A DNA stretch of 64,000 nt from Candidatus Poribacteria bacterium (GTDB lineage Bacteria > Poribacteria > WGA-4E > WGA-3G), in assembly GCA_965242965.1 (NCBI GenBank), contig OZ251518.1, positions 1,888,001 through 1,952,000 on the forward strand. Direction: 5' to 3'. Both the position numbers and the translations under genes were made by a program. Below are positions 54,463 to 64,000 of this stretch, in pieces. Below the pieces are notes generated by a model. The model saw nothing but the letters and a program-made list of their open reading frames with translations, ran no database searches and was not told where the DNA came from. Numbering within the stretch: the stretch's first letter is position 1; each line of letters starts with the position of its first letter.

Positions 54463-54805
54463 AATACGGATATAGGCTCCCCGTCTATCCGGTTCACGTA
54501 GGTGGGGGTCTGTCCTTCGCCACCGTTCGCGTACCCCAACGATCGCGGGGGACAGGCCCCCGCGCTACGGTGAAAAAAAACGGTTCGTGTTCTCGTTAGG
54601 CTCCCGTCTATCCATTTCACGTAGGGCGAGGGCCTGTCCCTCGCCATTGTTCGATCGCCACGCTGCGCCGTTATCTGTAGTTCAAGAGCGCCTGCTCTTG
54701 AACCGTTCGGGAGCAGGCGCTCCCGAACTACAGAGATGGGCCCGATGCCCGCCGGTAGGAGAGACCTCCCGGTCTCGATTAGCCCTGCGGCAGGCCTCAC
54801 GCGAA

Positions 54806-55402
54806 CTAGACTTCGTTTGCGCGGTAAGGTGCCAACATCTTGCGGAGCTGGCGGATAGCAGCGTTTTTGCGCGATGCCACGGTGCCGATAGGGCATCGCA
54901 CAATATCGGCGACTTCCTGATAAGACAATCCCTCCATCTCCGTCAGTTGAAACACCACCTGCTGCTCTTTTGACAGTTTGTTGATTGCATCGCGAATCGT
55001 CACGCGCGTTTCCCGGGCGATGACGATTGTCTCCGGGGAGTAGCGCGTATCCGCAATGGCTGTTGCGATGGGGCGAGTGTCAGCCTCATCGTCTTCATCG
55101 AAGGTTGCATCCAACGATTCAATGTGCGGTGTCCGCTGTTCTTTCGCCAACTGCTTCAGGCAGACATTCTTGGCGATGTGATAGAGAAACGTCCGGAATT
55201 TCGCGAGGGGCCGATAAGTCGGCACACTGCGCCAGAGCCGAATAAACGTTTCTTGACAGAGATCTTCCGCTAGCCCCCGGTCATTGACAAACCGGTTGAT
55301 AAAATTTAAGGTATGTGAATAGTGCCGTCCGGTCAAAATTTCAAATGCGTCTCTGTCGCCTTCTTTGGCAGAGAGCATCAACTGTTCGTCAGTTTGCTGC
55401 AT
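54806..55402 (-). CDS. ECF sigma-70 factor
   Basis: DEQLM...GD.DAF, AEDLCQETF, FRTFLY.IA.N, GLSYQEVA...CPIGTVASR. Confidence 0.93.
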   Translation of the reverse strand: MQQTDEQLMLSAKEGDRDAFEILTGRHYSHTLNFINRFVNDRGLAEDLCQETFIRLWRSVPTYRPLAKFRTFLYHIAKNVCLKQLAKEQRTPHIESLDATFDEDDEADTRPIATAIADTRYSPETIVIARETRVTIRDAINKLSKEQQVVFQLTEMEGLSYQEVADIVRCPIGTVASRKNAAIRQLRKMLAPYRANEV

Positions 55403-55426
55403 GCTTGTCTCCTCGGGAAGGAGCGT

Positions 55427-55663
55427 TCAAGCGAAGGCGGGCCAACTAACCTCCTTTCTTTCGTTGTAGTAGGTGCCTGCTCGTTCGCTCCCGGGTCGGT
55501 GCGTTTTCCCTTGTTTCAGCAGGGTTTGCGATGTATCGCGTTGCCCTAAGCGACTTCCGTTCCCAATAAGGCGCGCCCGTGCGTCGTCCGACGCGGCGCG
55601 GCATTCTGGCACTGCTGCCTTCGGCGGGAGTGCCTCCGTGATAAACTTCATATACTGACGCAT
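55427..55663 (-). CDS. putative 78-aa leader/upstream ORF
   Basis: Strong AAAGGAGG SD upstream of the ATG; stops 24 nt before the ECF start; no recognisable domain. Confidence 0.5.
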   Translation of the reverse strand: MRQYMKFITEALPPKAAVPECRAASDDARARLIGNGSRLGQRDTSQTLLKQGKTHRPGSERAGTYYNERKEVSWPAFA

Positions 55664-56050
55664 TTTTAGCCTCCTTTTTAGTCAGTTCGTCCTATCGCGC
55701 GCGAGTTTTATGTTATGTTTCGCGCGCTTCGGTTTCGTTAAATATGATAAACCCTTTAACTTTAACCCACCTATTTTGAAAAAATTCATTTAAAATGAAA
55801 AAAAATGCTGCCCTTCACCGTAGGGCGAGGGCCTGTCCCTCGCCATGCGGCGATCGCCGCGGAGACATCGCGATAAAAATCGAGACCGGGAGGGCTCTCC
55901 TACCAACAACGATCGCGGGGGACAGGCCCCCGCGCTACGGTTACCAAGGCAGCCTCCCTTCACCGTAGGGCGAGGGCCTGTCCCTCGCCATGCGGCGATC
56001 GCCGCGGAGACATCGCGATAAAATCCAGACCAGGAGGTCTCTCCTACTGA

Positions 56051-57178
56051 TTAATCCGCGCCGATTTCAGATTGCAATATTTGCGGACGAAACGGATCCA
56101 ACGACAACGATGTCTCCCCATCCATCAATAATTCCGCGATAAGTTTCCCCGTAATCGGCGCGAGAAGGATACCGTTTTTGAAATGCCCCGATGCCAACAC
56201 GACATTCTCATGTCCCGGCAGATAACCGAGAACCGGTCCGTTTTTCGCGTAGGGACGCAAGCCTGTCCACGTTTGCACGAAGGTGCTTTGCGCAAGCGAC
56301 GGCGCGATCCCAATACCAGCATCAATCATCTGCTTAACGCCGTCGACCGTTGGGCTTTTATCATAACCTGCCATCTCGACCGTGGCACCGATGAGGAGTT
56401 TTCCGTCTGCGCGCGGGACGAGGTAAACGCCGAGTCCATCAATCGTGCGATGAAACAGCGGCGGCATCGCCTCCACGAGGACAATCTGTCCCTTCGCCGG
56501 CGCGATAGATATCGGACAGCCGAGCATCGCAGCCAGAGTCCCTGCCCAACATCCGGCGGCGATCACGAACGTATCGGCATAGAGGCGTTCGCCGTTGACG
56601 ACGGTAGCGACGATGCGCCCATTCTCTCGGATGAAGCCGGTGATAGGGTTGCCGAGTTTGAACTGCGTTCCGAGTTGCGCCGCGCCTTTCGCGAACGCCG
56701 TGACGAGTTTAGGATTGCGCACCTGTGCATCTTCAGGAAATAGCACCGCGCCTCTTATCGCGGGGGAGAGTGCCGGTTCCAAGTGCAATGCTTCCTCGGC
56801 AGTCAGAACTTCGGCAGAGAATCCGCGTTTCACGCGTCGTTCGGCTAATCCAATGAGCCCAGCGGCTTCATCGGGATTGAAGATAACCGAGAGTGTGCCA
56901 GATTGGATGAACTCAATGTCTATCTGCGTCGCCGTTTTGAGTTCATCGGCGAGTGCAGGATAGAGCGCGAGACTGGCGCGGCACAGCGTCGGGAATGGTT
57001 CATGCGTTGAGGCGTGCGATGTGAGAATGCCCGCGCCTGCCCAGGATGCCTCCGTGCCGACGCGTGTTGCTTTGTCGATGACGAGGGTATTTGCGTCCCG
57101 TTTTGCGAGATCGTAAGCGATAGCACAGCCAATAATGCCTGCCCCGATGATGATTATGTCTGCGTGGTTTTTGTCCAA
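56051..57178 (-). CDS. thiO: glycine oxidase
   Basis: IIGAGIIG, ASWAGAGIL, KGQI, YLVPR.DG...GAT, WTGLRP, GHFKNGILLAP. Confidence 0.88.
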   Translation of the reverse strand: MDKNHADIIIIGAGIIGCAIAYDLAKRDANTLVIDKATRVGTEASWAGAGILTSHASTHEPFPTLCRASLALYPALADELKTATQIDIEFIQSGTLSVIFNPDEAAGLIGLAERRVKRGFSAEVLTAEEALHLEPALSPAIRGAVLFPEDAQVRNPKLVTAFAKGAAQLGTQFKLGNPITGFIRENGRIVATVVNGERLYADTFVIAAGCWAGTLAAMLGCPISIAPAKGQIVLVEAMPPLFHRTIDGLGVYLVPRADGKLLIGATVEMAGYDKSPTVDGVKQMIDAGIGIAPSLAQSTFVQTWTGLRPYAKNGPVLGYLPGHENVVLASGHFKNGILLAPITGKLIAELLMDGETSLSLDPFRPQILQSEIGAD

Positions 57179-57223
57179 GATTTCCTCCGATGTTTGATGG
57201 GATTTATTTTGCGTGATATAGAT

Positions 57224-57314
57224 ATTTTATCATGAAAGGGGGTGGTGTGTCAATTTTCGTTTTTTTTCATCACCAAAAAACCCCTTGACAAAAAACCTAC
57301 ACTTCTGTTAAAAT
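57224..57314. promoter_or_regulatory. divergent sigma70 promoters
   Basis: Plus strand: TTGACA(57285)-18-TAAAAT. Minus strand: TTGACA(57253-57248)-18-TAAAAT. Confidence 0.55.
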
Positions 57315-57373
57315 AAATCATAACCAAAACATCGTCACTTTTGACGATGCCAAAACACAGGAGGACATTCAAA

Positions 57374-57907
57374 ATGAAATGGATTTTAGGGTTACTCATC
57401 GGGATGCTGATTGCATCCCCCGCAATGGCGCAACTGACCCGGGCCGAAGCGCAAACCCTGCTCACCGGGTTCGCACAACTGACAGCCAAAGTGGAAAAAA
57501 TGAATGAGGAACTCGTCACGGTGAAAACTGACATCGCTGTCATAAAAAACGACATCGCAGCGTTGAAAACCGGACTCCGCGAGACCAGAACGGAACTCCG
57601 CGAGACCAAAACCGAACTCAAGGAATACGTTGACTCCAGAGTCACGGCATCGGAAGAGAAGACCTCGGCAGAAATCCGCGGTCTCACTCGGCAGCTCTCC
57701 TTCGTGCAATTCTTGCTAGGCATCTTGGTAACGGGGCTCTTGACGGTGCTCCTCGCGTTCCTCAAAAATCAGTGGGATAAACGGAAGGAAGGCGACGAAA
57801 AACTCGGCGCACAGCAAGAGGAGTTAGCGGAAAAGCAATCCGAAATTGATGCCTTACGCGCCGAAAATGAACGTATGAAAAATACATTAGATAGCGAGGT
57901 TCTGTAG
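57374..57907 (+). CDS. exported coiled-coil membrane protein
   Basis: Signal peptide (..SPAMA), heptad coil, one TM helix, charged coil tail; AGGAGG SD. Confidence 0.8.
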   Translation: MKWILGLLIGMLIASPAMAQLTRAEAQTLLTGFAQLTAKVEKMNEELVTVKTDIAVIKNDIAALKTGLRETRTELRETKTELKEYVDSRVTASEEKTSAEIRGLTRQLSFVQFLLGILVTGLLTVLLAFLKNQWDKRKEGDEKLGAQQEELAEKQSEIDALRAENERMKNTLDSEVL

Positions 57908-58113
57908 TTTGTGATCGCCTGATCACAAACGGGTCAGGATCAGGCGATCCTGACCTACAGAGAAGAGGGGAGGGGTCTGGGGCATGAACGATGGCGAGGG
58001 ACAGGCCCTCGCCCTACGGTAAGGGGGGGCATTTTTTATTCGTGAACGCGGGCGTTTATTCGTGAACGCGGGCGTTTTTTGTCCCCGCGATCATAAAAGG
58101 AAAGGAAATTTTA

Positions 58114-58401
58114 ATGATACTTGGAAAAATTACAGGCACAGTCGTCGCGACGCAGAAAGACGAAAAACTCGTCGGCAGCAAACTGATGATTGTCCAAGAC
58201 GTAAATTTAGATGGCGAATTGGAACGAAAATATACCGTCGCCGTAGACGCAATGGGCGCAGGCATCGGCGAAATTGTCCTCGTGGCGACCGGCAGCTCCG
58301 CACGACAAACACGCGCGACCAGCAATAAACCGGTCGACGCGGTCATCATGGCAATCGTGGATACCGTCGAAATCTGCGGGAAAGTGCGGTATCAGAAGTG
58401 A
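58114..58401 (+). CDS. EutN/CcmL family microcompartment vertex (BMC-P) protein
   Basis: MILGKITGTVVATQK, VAVDAMGAGIGE.VL...GSSAR, PVDA.IMAIVD. Confidence 0.95.
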   Translation: MILGKITGTVVATQKDEKLVGSKLMIVQDVNLDGELERKYTVAVDAMGAGIGEIVLVATGSSARQTRATSNKPVDAVIMAIVDTVEICGKVRYQK

Positions 58402-59006
58402 CAACCGCACAGAAACGGGACTCCCTTCGTGCGGAAACGCTTCATCGCCGCGACCAAATTCCGTCAACGCTGCGCGCAACGCTGAGCCAGCGGATTATCG
58501 CTCATTGCGTTGACTGGATGCAAAGCGAAGGCTGTCCCGAACCGGTGATGCTATATCTGAGCATGCGCAGTGAAGTTGAAACTCTCGGTTTGTTGGAGCA
58601 ACTGCTTCGTGCGGGAAGACAGGTTTGCGCCCCGGTCGTCAATATGCGAGACAGGCGACTCATCCCGCGGCAGCTCTGCGATGTGGAGGCATCCCTAGTG
58701 CGTCACCCTTACGGGATGTTGGAACCGAAGGCGACTTGCCCGATGGTATCACCGTCGGAGTTGCGGCTCATCTTTGTCCCCGGTATCGCGTTTGATTCTG
58801 ACGGCTATCGGCTCGGCTACGGCATGGGGTTCTACGACAGGTTTCTCGCGCAGTGTCCGGATGCTGTTCGGGTGGGGCTCGCGTATCAGGCGCAGGTGGT
58901 TTCGGAGACTTTTCCGCAATCGTGGGATGTGCCGGTGCATCGGATTTTCACGGAAAACGGTGCGATCATTCCTCGTCAGCGTCCATGTCCACGTCAGCGC
59001 GAATGA
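58398..59006 (+). CDS. 5-formyltetrahydrofolate cyclo-ligase
   Basis: K..LR, SEV, YG.LEP, VPGIAFD..GYRLGYG.GFYDR, WDVP. Confidence 0.93.
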   Translation: MTTAQKRDSLRAETLHRRDQIPSTLRATLSQRIIAHCVDWMQSEGCPEPVMLYLSMRSEVETLGLLEQLLRAGRQVCAPVVNMRDRRLIPRQLCDVEASLVRHPYGMLEPKATCPMVSPSELRLIFVPGIAFDSDGYRLGYGMGFYDRFLAQCPDAVRVGLAYQAQVVSETFPQSWDVPVHRIFTENGAIIPRQRPCPRQRE

Positions 59007-59391
59007 AGGGCCGCAATTTCTCTAACGTTTTCTTGCCGATGCCTCTGACGTTTTGGAGGGCATCGACAGAGGAAAAATCGCCGTGTTTTTCGCGATAGTC
59101 GATGATTCTTTCTGCCATCCGCGGTCCGATGTTTGGGAGTGTTTCAAGTTCTTCGGCGGAGGCGGTGTTGATGTTGAGGAGCCAAGATGACGATTTCGCG
59201 CGCTGCTGTTCGGCAGGCGCGTTTTCCTGTGCTGGATGCTGTTCTGTTTCTGGCGTGGCGACGAAGTCTGGTTTGCCGAGGAAGAGTGTTGGGTGGTATC
59301 GTCGTAGTCCCCAGAGTCCGCTTCCTGCTAGGATGAGGATTATTAGGAAGGTTGCGGTTTTCCAATAGTGTTGTTCGATGATGTGGTTCAT
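58966..59391 (-). CDS. comEA: ComEA family helix-hairpin-helix DNA-binding protein
   Basis: N-terminal TM; NINTASAEEL.TLPNIGP..AERII.YR...G.F, VRGIG.KTLEKL. Confidence 0.85.
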   Translation of the reverse strand: MNHIIEQHYWKTATFLIILILAGSGLWGLRRYHPTLFLGKPDFVATPETEQHPAQENAPAEQQRAKSSSWLLNINTASAEELETLPNIGPRMAERIIDYREKHGDFSSVDALQNVRGIGKKTLEKLRPFIRADVDMDADEE

Positions 59392-59419
59392 GTTTTTTGT
59401 TTTTTGAAGAAACGTCCTC

Positions 59420-59758
59420 TGTCATCGTAGGGCGAGGGCCTGTCCCTCGCCATGCTGCGATCGCGATGATGAAAAAACGGCCCCTTCACCGTAGGGCGAG
59501 GGCCTGTCCCTCGCCATGCCGCGATCGCGAGGCAAAAAACGTTCCCTTCATCGTAGGGCGAGGGCCTGTCCCTCGCCATGCCGCGATCGCCCAAATGATC
59601 GCGGGGGACAGGCCCCCGCGCTACGGGAAAAAACGGCATTCCTCGCGTGATTCAACGATCGCGAGGGACAGGCCCTCGCGCTACGGGCCAGGAACGGATG
59701 TCCTTTTGCGATCAGGCGATCGCAAACTACAGAATCGAGACCAGGAGGTCTCTCCTAC
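59420..59758. repeat. REP cluster
   Basis: Three tandem GTAGGGCGAGGGCCTGTCCCTCGCC units, two inverted units and a family B unit. Confidence 0.9.
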
Positions 59759-61434
59759 CGCGACTTTTCAACCACAATTACCTGATTTGTCGGCACATCT
59801 TGGAAATGCTGGCGCGCGCCGGTTTGATAACGCACCTCAACACTATCCACAACCGCACGCATCCCAAGCCCGAAATGGAGCTTAAGTTCACGCTGTGAGA
59901 GATAACCATCGCCACTGCGGACTTCTCGCGTTTGAGTGAGATTTCCTGTCGTTACGCTGACACGGGTGCCGATTGCACTCGCAGGCAAACGGATTTGCAA
60001 CCAGTTATTTCGGTTGCCGCCATCGTTTCGCAACAGGCGCGGCGGCGTGTTAGCATTGGTGACGCAGATGTCAATGTCACCGTCTAAATCATAATCGGCG
60101 AAGGTGGCACCGCGGCTGACATCGGCGATTTGCATCGCTTCTCCAAGCGTTTCAGCGACTTCGGCGAACGTGCCATCGCGCCTGTTTTGAAAGAGCAGGT
60201 TGCGTTGTCCGTATGTCCCTTCTTGTCCGAGTTCCGCCAGATTTTCGTGCAGATGTCCATTGGCGACAAAAATGTCGCGATAGCCGTCGTTATCGTAATC
60301 AATAAACGCCGTTGCCCAGCCGAGATAGGGATAGGTGATCTGCGCAGTTTTCGTGGTAGCCGTTGCATCCGTGAAAAACCCATCGCTGTCGTTGTGATAG
60401 AGCGTATTGGTCTGCTCGGCATAGTTGGTTACGGTGAGATCCAACCATCCGTCATTGTCATAATCGCCGAAGGTGGTGCCCATCCCGTTTTCCGCGGCAC
60501 CGTTTTCACTGAGTGCCACGCCGAGCATAAACCCGACTTCCTCAAACGTGCCATCGCCGTTATTACGATAAAAGAGGTTTTCGGTTGAATCATTAGCGAT
60601 GTAAATATCGGGCGCGCCATCGTTATTATAGTCTCCCCAAACAACGCCGAGCCCCTTGCCGGTAGCGTTGTAAATGCCTGCCGATTTCGTCACGTCTGTG
60701 AATGTGCCATCGCCGTTGTTGCGGAAAAGCGTATCGGATTGCGCAGGGAAGTTATCGGGCTCGCAGTAGGCACGGATGCCTTTCTCTTTCAACCCGCACC
60801 ACGGGTTATCATCGAGGCGAAAGACGATGTAGTTGACGACGTAAAGATCGAGATGTCCATCGTTATCATAATCGGCGAAGGCGCAGCCGGTGCTCCATCT
60901 CGGCTCAGCAACGCCTGCTTTTTCGGTGACATCGGTGAACGTCCCGTTGCCATTATTGCGATAGAGCCGATTTGCGCCGTAATTTGTGACGTAAATATCG
61001 GGGTGTCCATCGTTATCGTAGTCGCCGACAGCGCAGCCGTGTCCGTAACCTGTATCGCCTACCCCGGCATCCTCGGTGACATCGCTAAAAGTGCCGTCGC
61101 CGTTGTTGCGGAAGAGGGAATTTGTTGGGCGGCTATAAAAATCCGCCGTTATCGTTGTTATCGTTGTGTCTGTGTTTTGCTTGACGGTTGCATCGTAACC
61201 GGGGAGCGGCGCGCCATTGACGAGATACAAATCCGGGGCACCGTCTGAATCGTAGTCAAAAAACGCCGCGCCGGAGCCGAGCGTTTCCATGAAGTATTTT
61301 TGTCCGCTGCGTCCATCTATGTGCGTCCAGTGGATGCCGGCTTCGTGCGTCACGTCAGTGAATTGCAGTTCGGCATTGGAGGCGACAGAGAGTGTCAACA
61401 ACAGGAGGAGTTGGGTTACGAAGAGGCGTTGCAT
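59755..61434 (-). CDS. CRTAC1-like FG-GAP/VCBS repeat protein with ASPIC/UnbV domain
   Basis: Signal peptide, DYDNDG repeats, NNGDGTF repeats, LHFGLG. Confidence 0.92.
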   Translation of the reverse strand: MQRLFVTQLLLLLTLSVASNAELQFTDVTHEAGIHWTHIDGRSGQKYFMETLGSGAAFFDYDSDGAPDLYLVNGAPLPGYDATVKQNTDTTITTITADFYSRPTNSLFRNNGDGTFSDVTEDAGVGDTGYGHGCAVGDYDNDGHPDIYVTNYGANRLYRNNGNGTFTDVTEKAGVAEPRWSTGCAFADYDNDGHLDLYVVNYIVFRLDDNPWCGLKEKGIRAYCEPDNFPAQSDTLFRNNGDGTFTDVTKSAGIYNATGKGLGVVWGDYNNDGAPDIYIANDSTENLFYRNNGDGTFEEVGFMLGVALSENGAAENGMGTTFGDYDNDGWLDLTVTNYAEQTNTLYHNDSDGFFTDATATTKTAQITYPYLGWATAFIDYDNDGYRDIFVANGHLHENLAELGQEGTYGQRNLLFQNRRDGTFAEVAETLGEAMQIADVSRGATFADYDLDGDIDICVTNANTPPRLLRNDGGNRNNWLQIRLPASAIGTRVSVTTGNLTQTREVRSGDGYLSQRELKLHFGLGMRAVVDSVEVRYQTGARQHFQDVPTNQVIVVEKSR

Positions 61435-61440
61435 GAGCGT

Positions 61441-61683
61441 TTATCGTCTCCAAAGGTTTATTAGCAGGCTTCCGATGCCGACGATGATGCTGATGCCGAT
61501 GGCGATGTTGGCGCGTAACGTCGCTGTCCATTCGGCGCGCCCCTCGAGTTTGCCTCGGATCCAACTTACGTCTTGCTCAAGCGAACCGAGTCGTTTGTCA
61601 ACGCGTTCTTCATACGCGTGCTGTCGTTCTTCCATGCGTTCCATCCATTTGAGGACGTGCTGTTGGAATTCTTGATTGTCCAT
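61441..61683 (-). CDS. 80-aa coiled-coil plus C-terminal TM protein, copy 2
   Basis: GGAGG SD; identical protein to the adjacent copy. Confidence 0.85.
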   Translation of the reverse strand: MDNQEFQQHVLKWMERMEERQHAYEERVDKRLGSLEQDVSWIRGKLEGRAEWTATLRANIAIGISIIVGIGSLLINLWRR

Positions 61684-61708
61684 GATGATGCCTCCGTATC
61701 TGGAGTGT

Positions 61709-61951
61709 TTATCGTCTCCAGAGGTTTATTAACAAACTGCCGATGCCGACGATGATGCTGATGCCGATGGCGATGTTGGCGCGTAACGTCGCTGTCCATT
61801 CGGCGCGCCCCTCTAGTTTGCCTCGGATCCAACTCACGTCTTGCTCAAGCGAACCGAGCCGTTTGTCGACGCGTTCTTCATACGCGTGCTGTCGTTCTTC
61901 CATGCGTTCCATCCATTTGAGGACGTGCTGCTGGAATTCTTGATTGTCCAT
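61709..61951 (-). CDS. 80-aa coiled-coil plus C-terminal TM protein, copy 1
   Basis: GGAGG SD; only synonymous differences from copy 2. Confidence 0.85.
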   Translation of the reverse strand: MDNQEFQQHVLKWMERMEERQHAYEERVDKRLGSLEQDVSWIRGKLEGRAEWTATLRANIAIGISIIVGIGSLLINLWRR

Positions 61952-62462
61952 GATGATGCCTCCGGTGTTTATTTTTTTCAACAAAATAGATTATACGATA
62001 TTTTAAGTGAAAATGCAAGTCTTTTTTGTGTTCCCGGTAGGAGAGACCTCCTGGTCTCGATGCAATACCGTATCGGGACAAGGATGTCCCTCCTACCCAA
62101 ACACGTAGGCGAGACCTCCTGGTCTCGATGTTCCCGTAGCGCGGGGGCCTGTCCTCCGCGATTGTTGGCTTGCGCGAGCACTAGCAAGGGACAGGCGTTT
62201 TTTCATCGTAGCGCGGGGGCCTGTCCCCCGCGATCGTTGGGGTACGCGGACGATGGCGAGGGACAGGCCCTCGCCCTACGGTGAAGGGATGCCGTTTCGG
62301 ATACCGTAGCGCGGGGGCCTGTCCCCCGCGATTGTTGGCTTGCGCGAGCGATGGCGAGGGCCCCTCGCATGCGCGTGTGGCATGCGAGGGCCCTCGCCCT
62401 ACGGTGAGGGGAAGGCGTTTTTTTCCTAGCGCGCAGCAAGCACGTTAATTTTTCTGCTGGTT

Positions 62463-63998
62463 TCACTTCATCTCCGCCTCAATATCAGCCAAAGTTTGGC
62501 GGAAAGCCTCATTTTGCGGTGACATCTGAATCGCCGCGCGGATTGCCTTCAGTGCCTTTTGATGTTCACCGGTGTGAGAATACGCCAATGCCAACGTCTG
62601 TAAATATTGCGGTGCCGGTGCCAAACGAAACGCTTCTTGCGCAAAGGCGATGGCATCTTGGAGTTGGAGCCGCTGCTGGATATAGAGCCGCGCCAATCCG
62701 TTGAGCGCGTAATGCGCCTTTGCATCCAGCGTTAACGCCGCCCGATATGCCGCGATGGCTTTGTCAACTTCGCCTCGGCGATGGTGGATAGCGGCGATAC
62801 CCGCCTGCGCTGTCGCTAAGGACGCATCGTGTGTGAGTGCGCGCTGATATGCCGCGAATGCCTCATTTAACCGGGCTTGCGCATAGTAGACTGCACCTAA
62901 ACCGGCGTGCGGTGCCGCCTGCGCTGGTGCCAAGGCGATTGCCTCCAGATAGGCATCCGCCGCCTTCTGAAAATTGCGTTTGCGGAAGAACAACTTTCCG
63001 AGTTTGTAGAACGCGGCGGCGCGGTAATCTCTCCCATCGCGCGTCGAAAGTCGGCATGCTTGCTGATACGCCGCAATTGCCTTATCAAATTTCCCATATT
63101 TTTCGTAGGTTATCCCCAGTTGATACTGCTTTTGCGGGTTGCTCGGTTCACTGAGGGTTGCGCGCTCACGCGTGTCAATCTCTTGGGCGATGGCATTGAG
63201 GCGATGATAGGTTTCCATCGCGCGTTTTCCCGCCTCTATCTGCTTCAATCGGAAGAGTGCCTGAGCGAGATTGTAGTAGGCACCGACATGCTCCGCCTGC
63301 TGCTTGATGACGGTGCGGTATTCCTCGGCGGCGCGCTGAAATTCGCGTTGCTTCGTGAAGACCAAACCGAGGCGATAGCGGGCGGCAGTGAAATTGGGAT
63401 TGAGATGGAGTGCCGCCTCCAACAGCGGACGCGCCTTGTCAAGTTCACCCTGTTCCAGATAGATGGCACCTAAATTGCCGTTCGCCATCGGGAGTTCCGG
63501 TTGTTCGGCTAACGCCTCTTGATAATAGCGAATTGCTTTCGCCGGTTGATTGACAGCCTCGTAACAGGAAGCGAGGTTCGTCAGTGCCGCCGCTAACTTC
63601 GGTGAACGGCGGAGACACTCGTGATACGCCGCGAGTGCCTCCGGAAATCGGGCTGCCTGCTGATACGCAGACGCGAGCCCAAGCCGCAGCTGCAGGGCAT
63701 CGGGATGCTGTCGGGTGAGCCGCTGATAGATGTCGATTGCCGCCGCGACCCGTTCGGTTTTTGTATAGAGGTGCGCGAGATTCGCCGCCGCTTGCAAGTG
63801 CTGGCTTTCTATTGCCAGTGCGCGTTTGAGTGCCGCCTCTGCCGCATCAAACTCGCCGAGTTGTAAGTGAACCGTGCCGAGTGCGGCATGCGCTTTAGCG
63901 AAGTCAGCGTCTTGCGCTGTAGCCTGCTGAAGATGGTGAAGGGCTTGTGCGTATTCTCCGCGACGTGCAGCTTCCTTTCCGCGCGCGTAGAAATCTTC
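62463..63998 (-). CDS. long tetratricopeptide repeat protein (5' truncated by window edge)
   Basis: Continuous TPR units; frame stays open to the window end. Confidence 0.9.
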   Translation of the reverse strand, partial: EDFYARGKEAARRGEYAQALHHLQQATAQDADFAKAHAALGTVHLQLGEFDAAEAALKRALAIESQHLQAAANLAHLYTKTERVAAAIDIYQRLTRQHPDALQLRLGLASAYQQAARFPEALAAYHECLRRSPKLAAALTNLASCYEAVNQPAKAIRYYQEALAEQPELPMANGNLGAIYLEQGELDKARPLLEAALHLNPNFTAARYRLGLVFTKQREFQRAAEEYRTVIKQQAEHVGAYYNLAQALFRLKQIEAGKRAMETYHRLNAIAQEIDTRERATLSEPSNPQKQYQLGITYEKYGKFDKAIAAYQQACRLSTRDGRDYRAAAFYKLGKLFFRKRNFQKAADAYLEAIALAPAQAAPHAGLGAVYYAQARLNEAFAAYQRALTHDASLATAQAGIAAIHHRRGEVDKAIAAYRAALTLDAKAHYALNGLARLYIQQRLQLQDAIAFAQEAFRLAPAPQYLQTLALAYSHTGEHQKALKAIRAAIQMSPQNEAFRQTLADIEAEMK

Positions 63999-64000
63999 TG

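Noticed and set aside
55430-55660. Known riboswitch upstream of the ECF sigma gene
   Set aside because: GC-rich hairpins are present, but I could not match consensus motifs of TPP, cobalamin, SAM, FMN or c-di-GMP classes; reported as a leader ORF instead.
57910-58113. 6S RNA, often found upstream of 5-formyl-THF cyclo-ligase genes
   Set aside because: The gene is directly preceded by eutN, and the gap holds only REP units and a 20-bp tandem duplication; no long rod-like structure is evident.

Overview
A GC-rich bacterial chromosome window with about 48 credible CDSs. The gene inventory (LamG proteins with a ...GK.TTTWANLK tail, two FG-GAP/ASPIC-UnbV proteins, PhyH, Uma2, several Gfo/Idh/MocA, an EutN/CcmL, Rpn and AAA-nuclease proteins) suggests Candidatus Poribacteria; this is inference. 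Housekeeping genes include clpB, truD, bioA, recQ, thiO, larC, a 2-oxoacid dehydrogenase E2, comEA and two sigma factors. Most longer intergenic gaps are packed with several families of GTAG-anchored palindromic REP/REPIN-like elements plus a ~170-bp four-palindrome MITE-like element; no cognate transposase lies in the window. These repeats are invading the proteome: intact copies are translated in frame inside ClpB and a restriction-modification enzyme, one sits in a frame-preserving 63-bp duplication at an operon junction, and at least eight genes take their TAG stop from the GTAG of a repeat. Two recoding events are visible: a UGA-Sec UGSC-motif selenoprotein with a SECIS-like hairpin, and a -1 frameshift in larC. 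Other oddities: an Rpn gene followed by a free-standing diverged copy of its C-terminal domain, a sigma-70 with a degenerate duplicated region 1.2-2 module, a ferredoxin-membrane-Hsp20-like fusion, a leader ORF with an SD-occluding hairpin before an orphan ECF sigma, and twin 80-aa genes differing only at silent sites. No rRNA, tRNA or CRISPR array was recognised. All product calls come from motif recognition by eye, not database searches.
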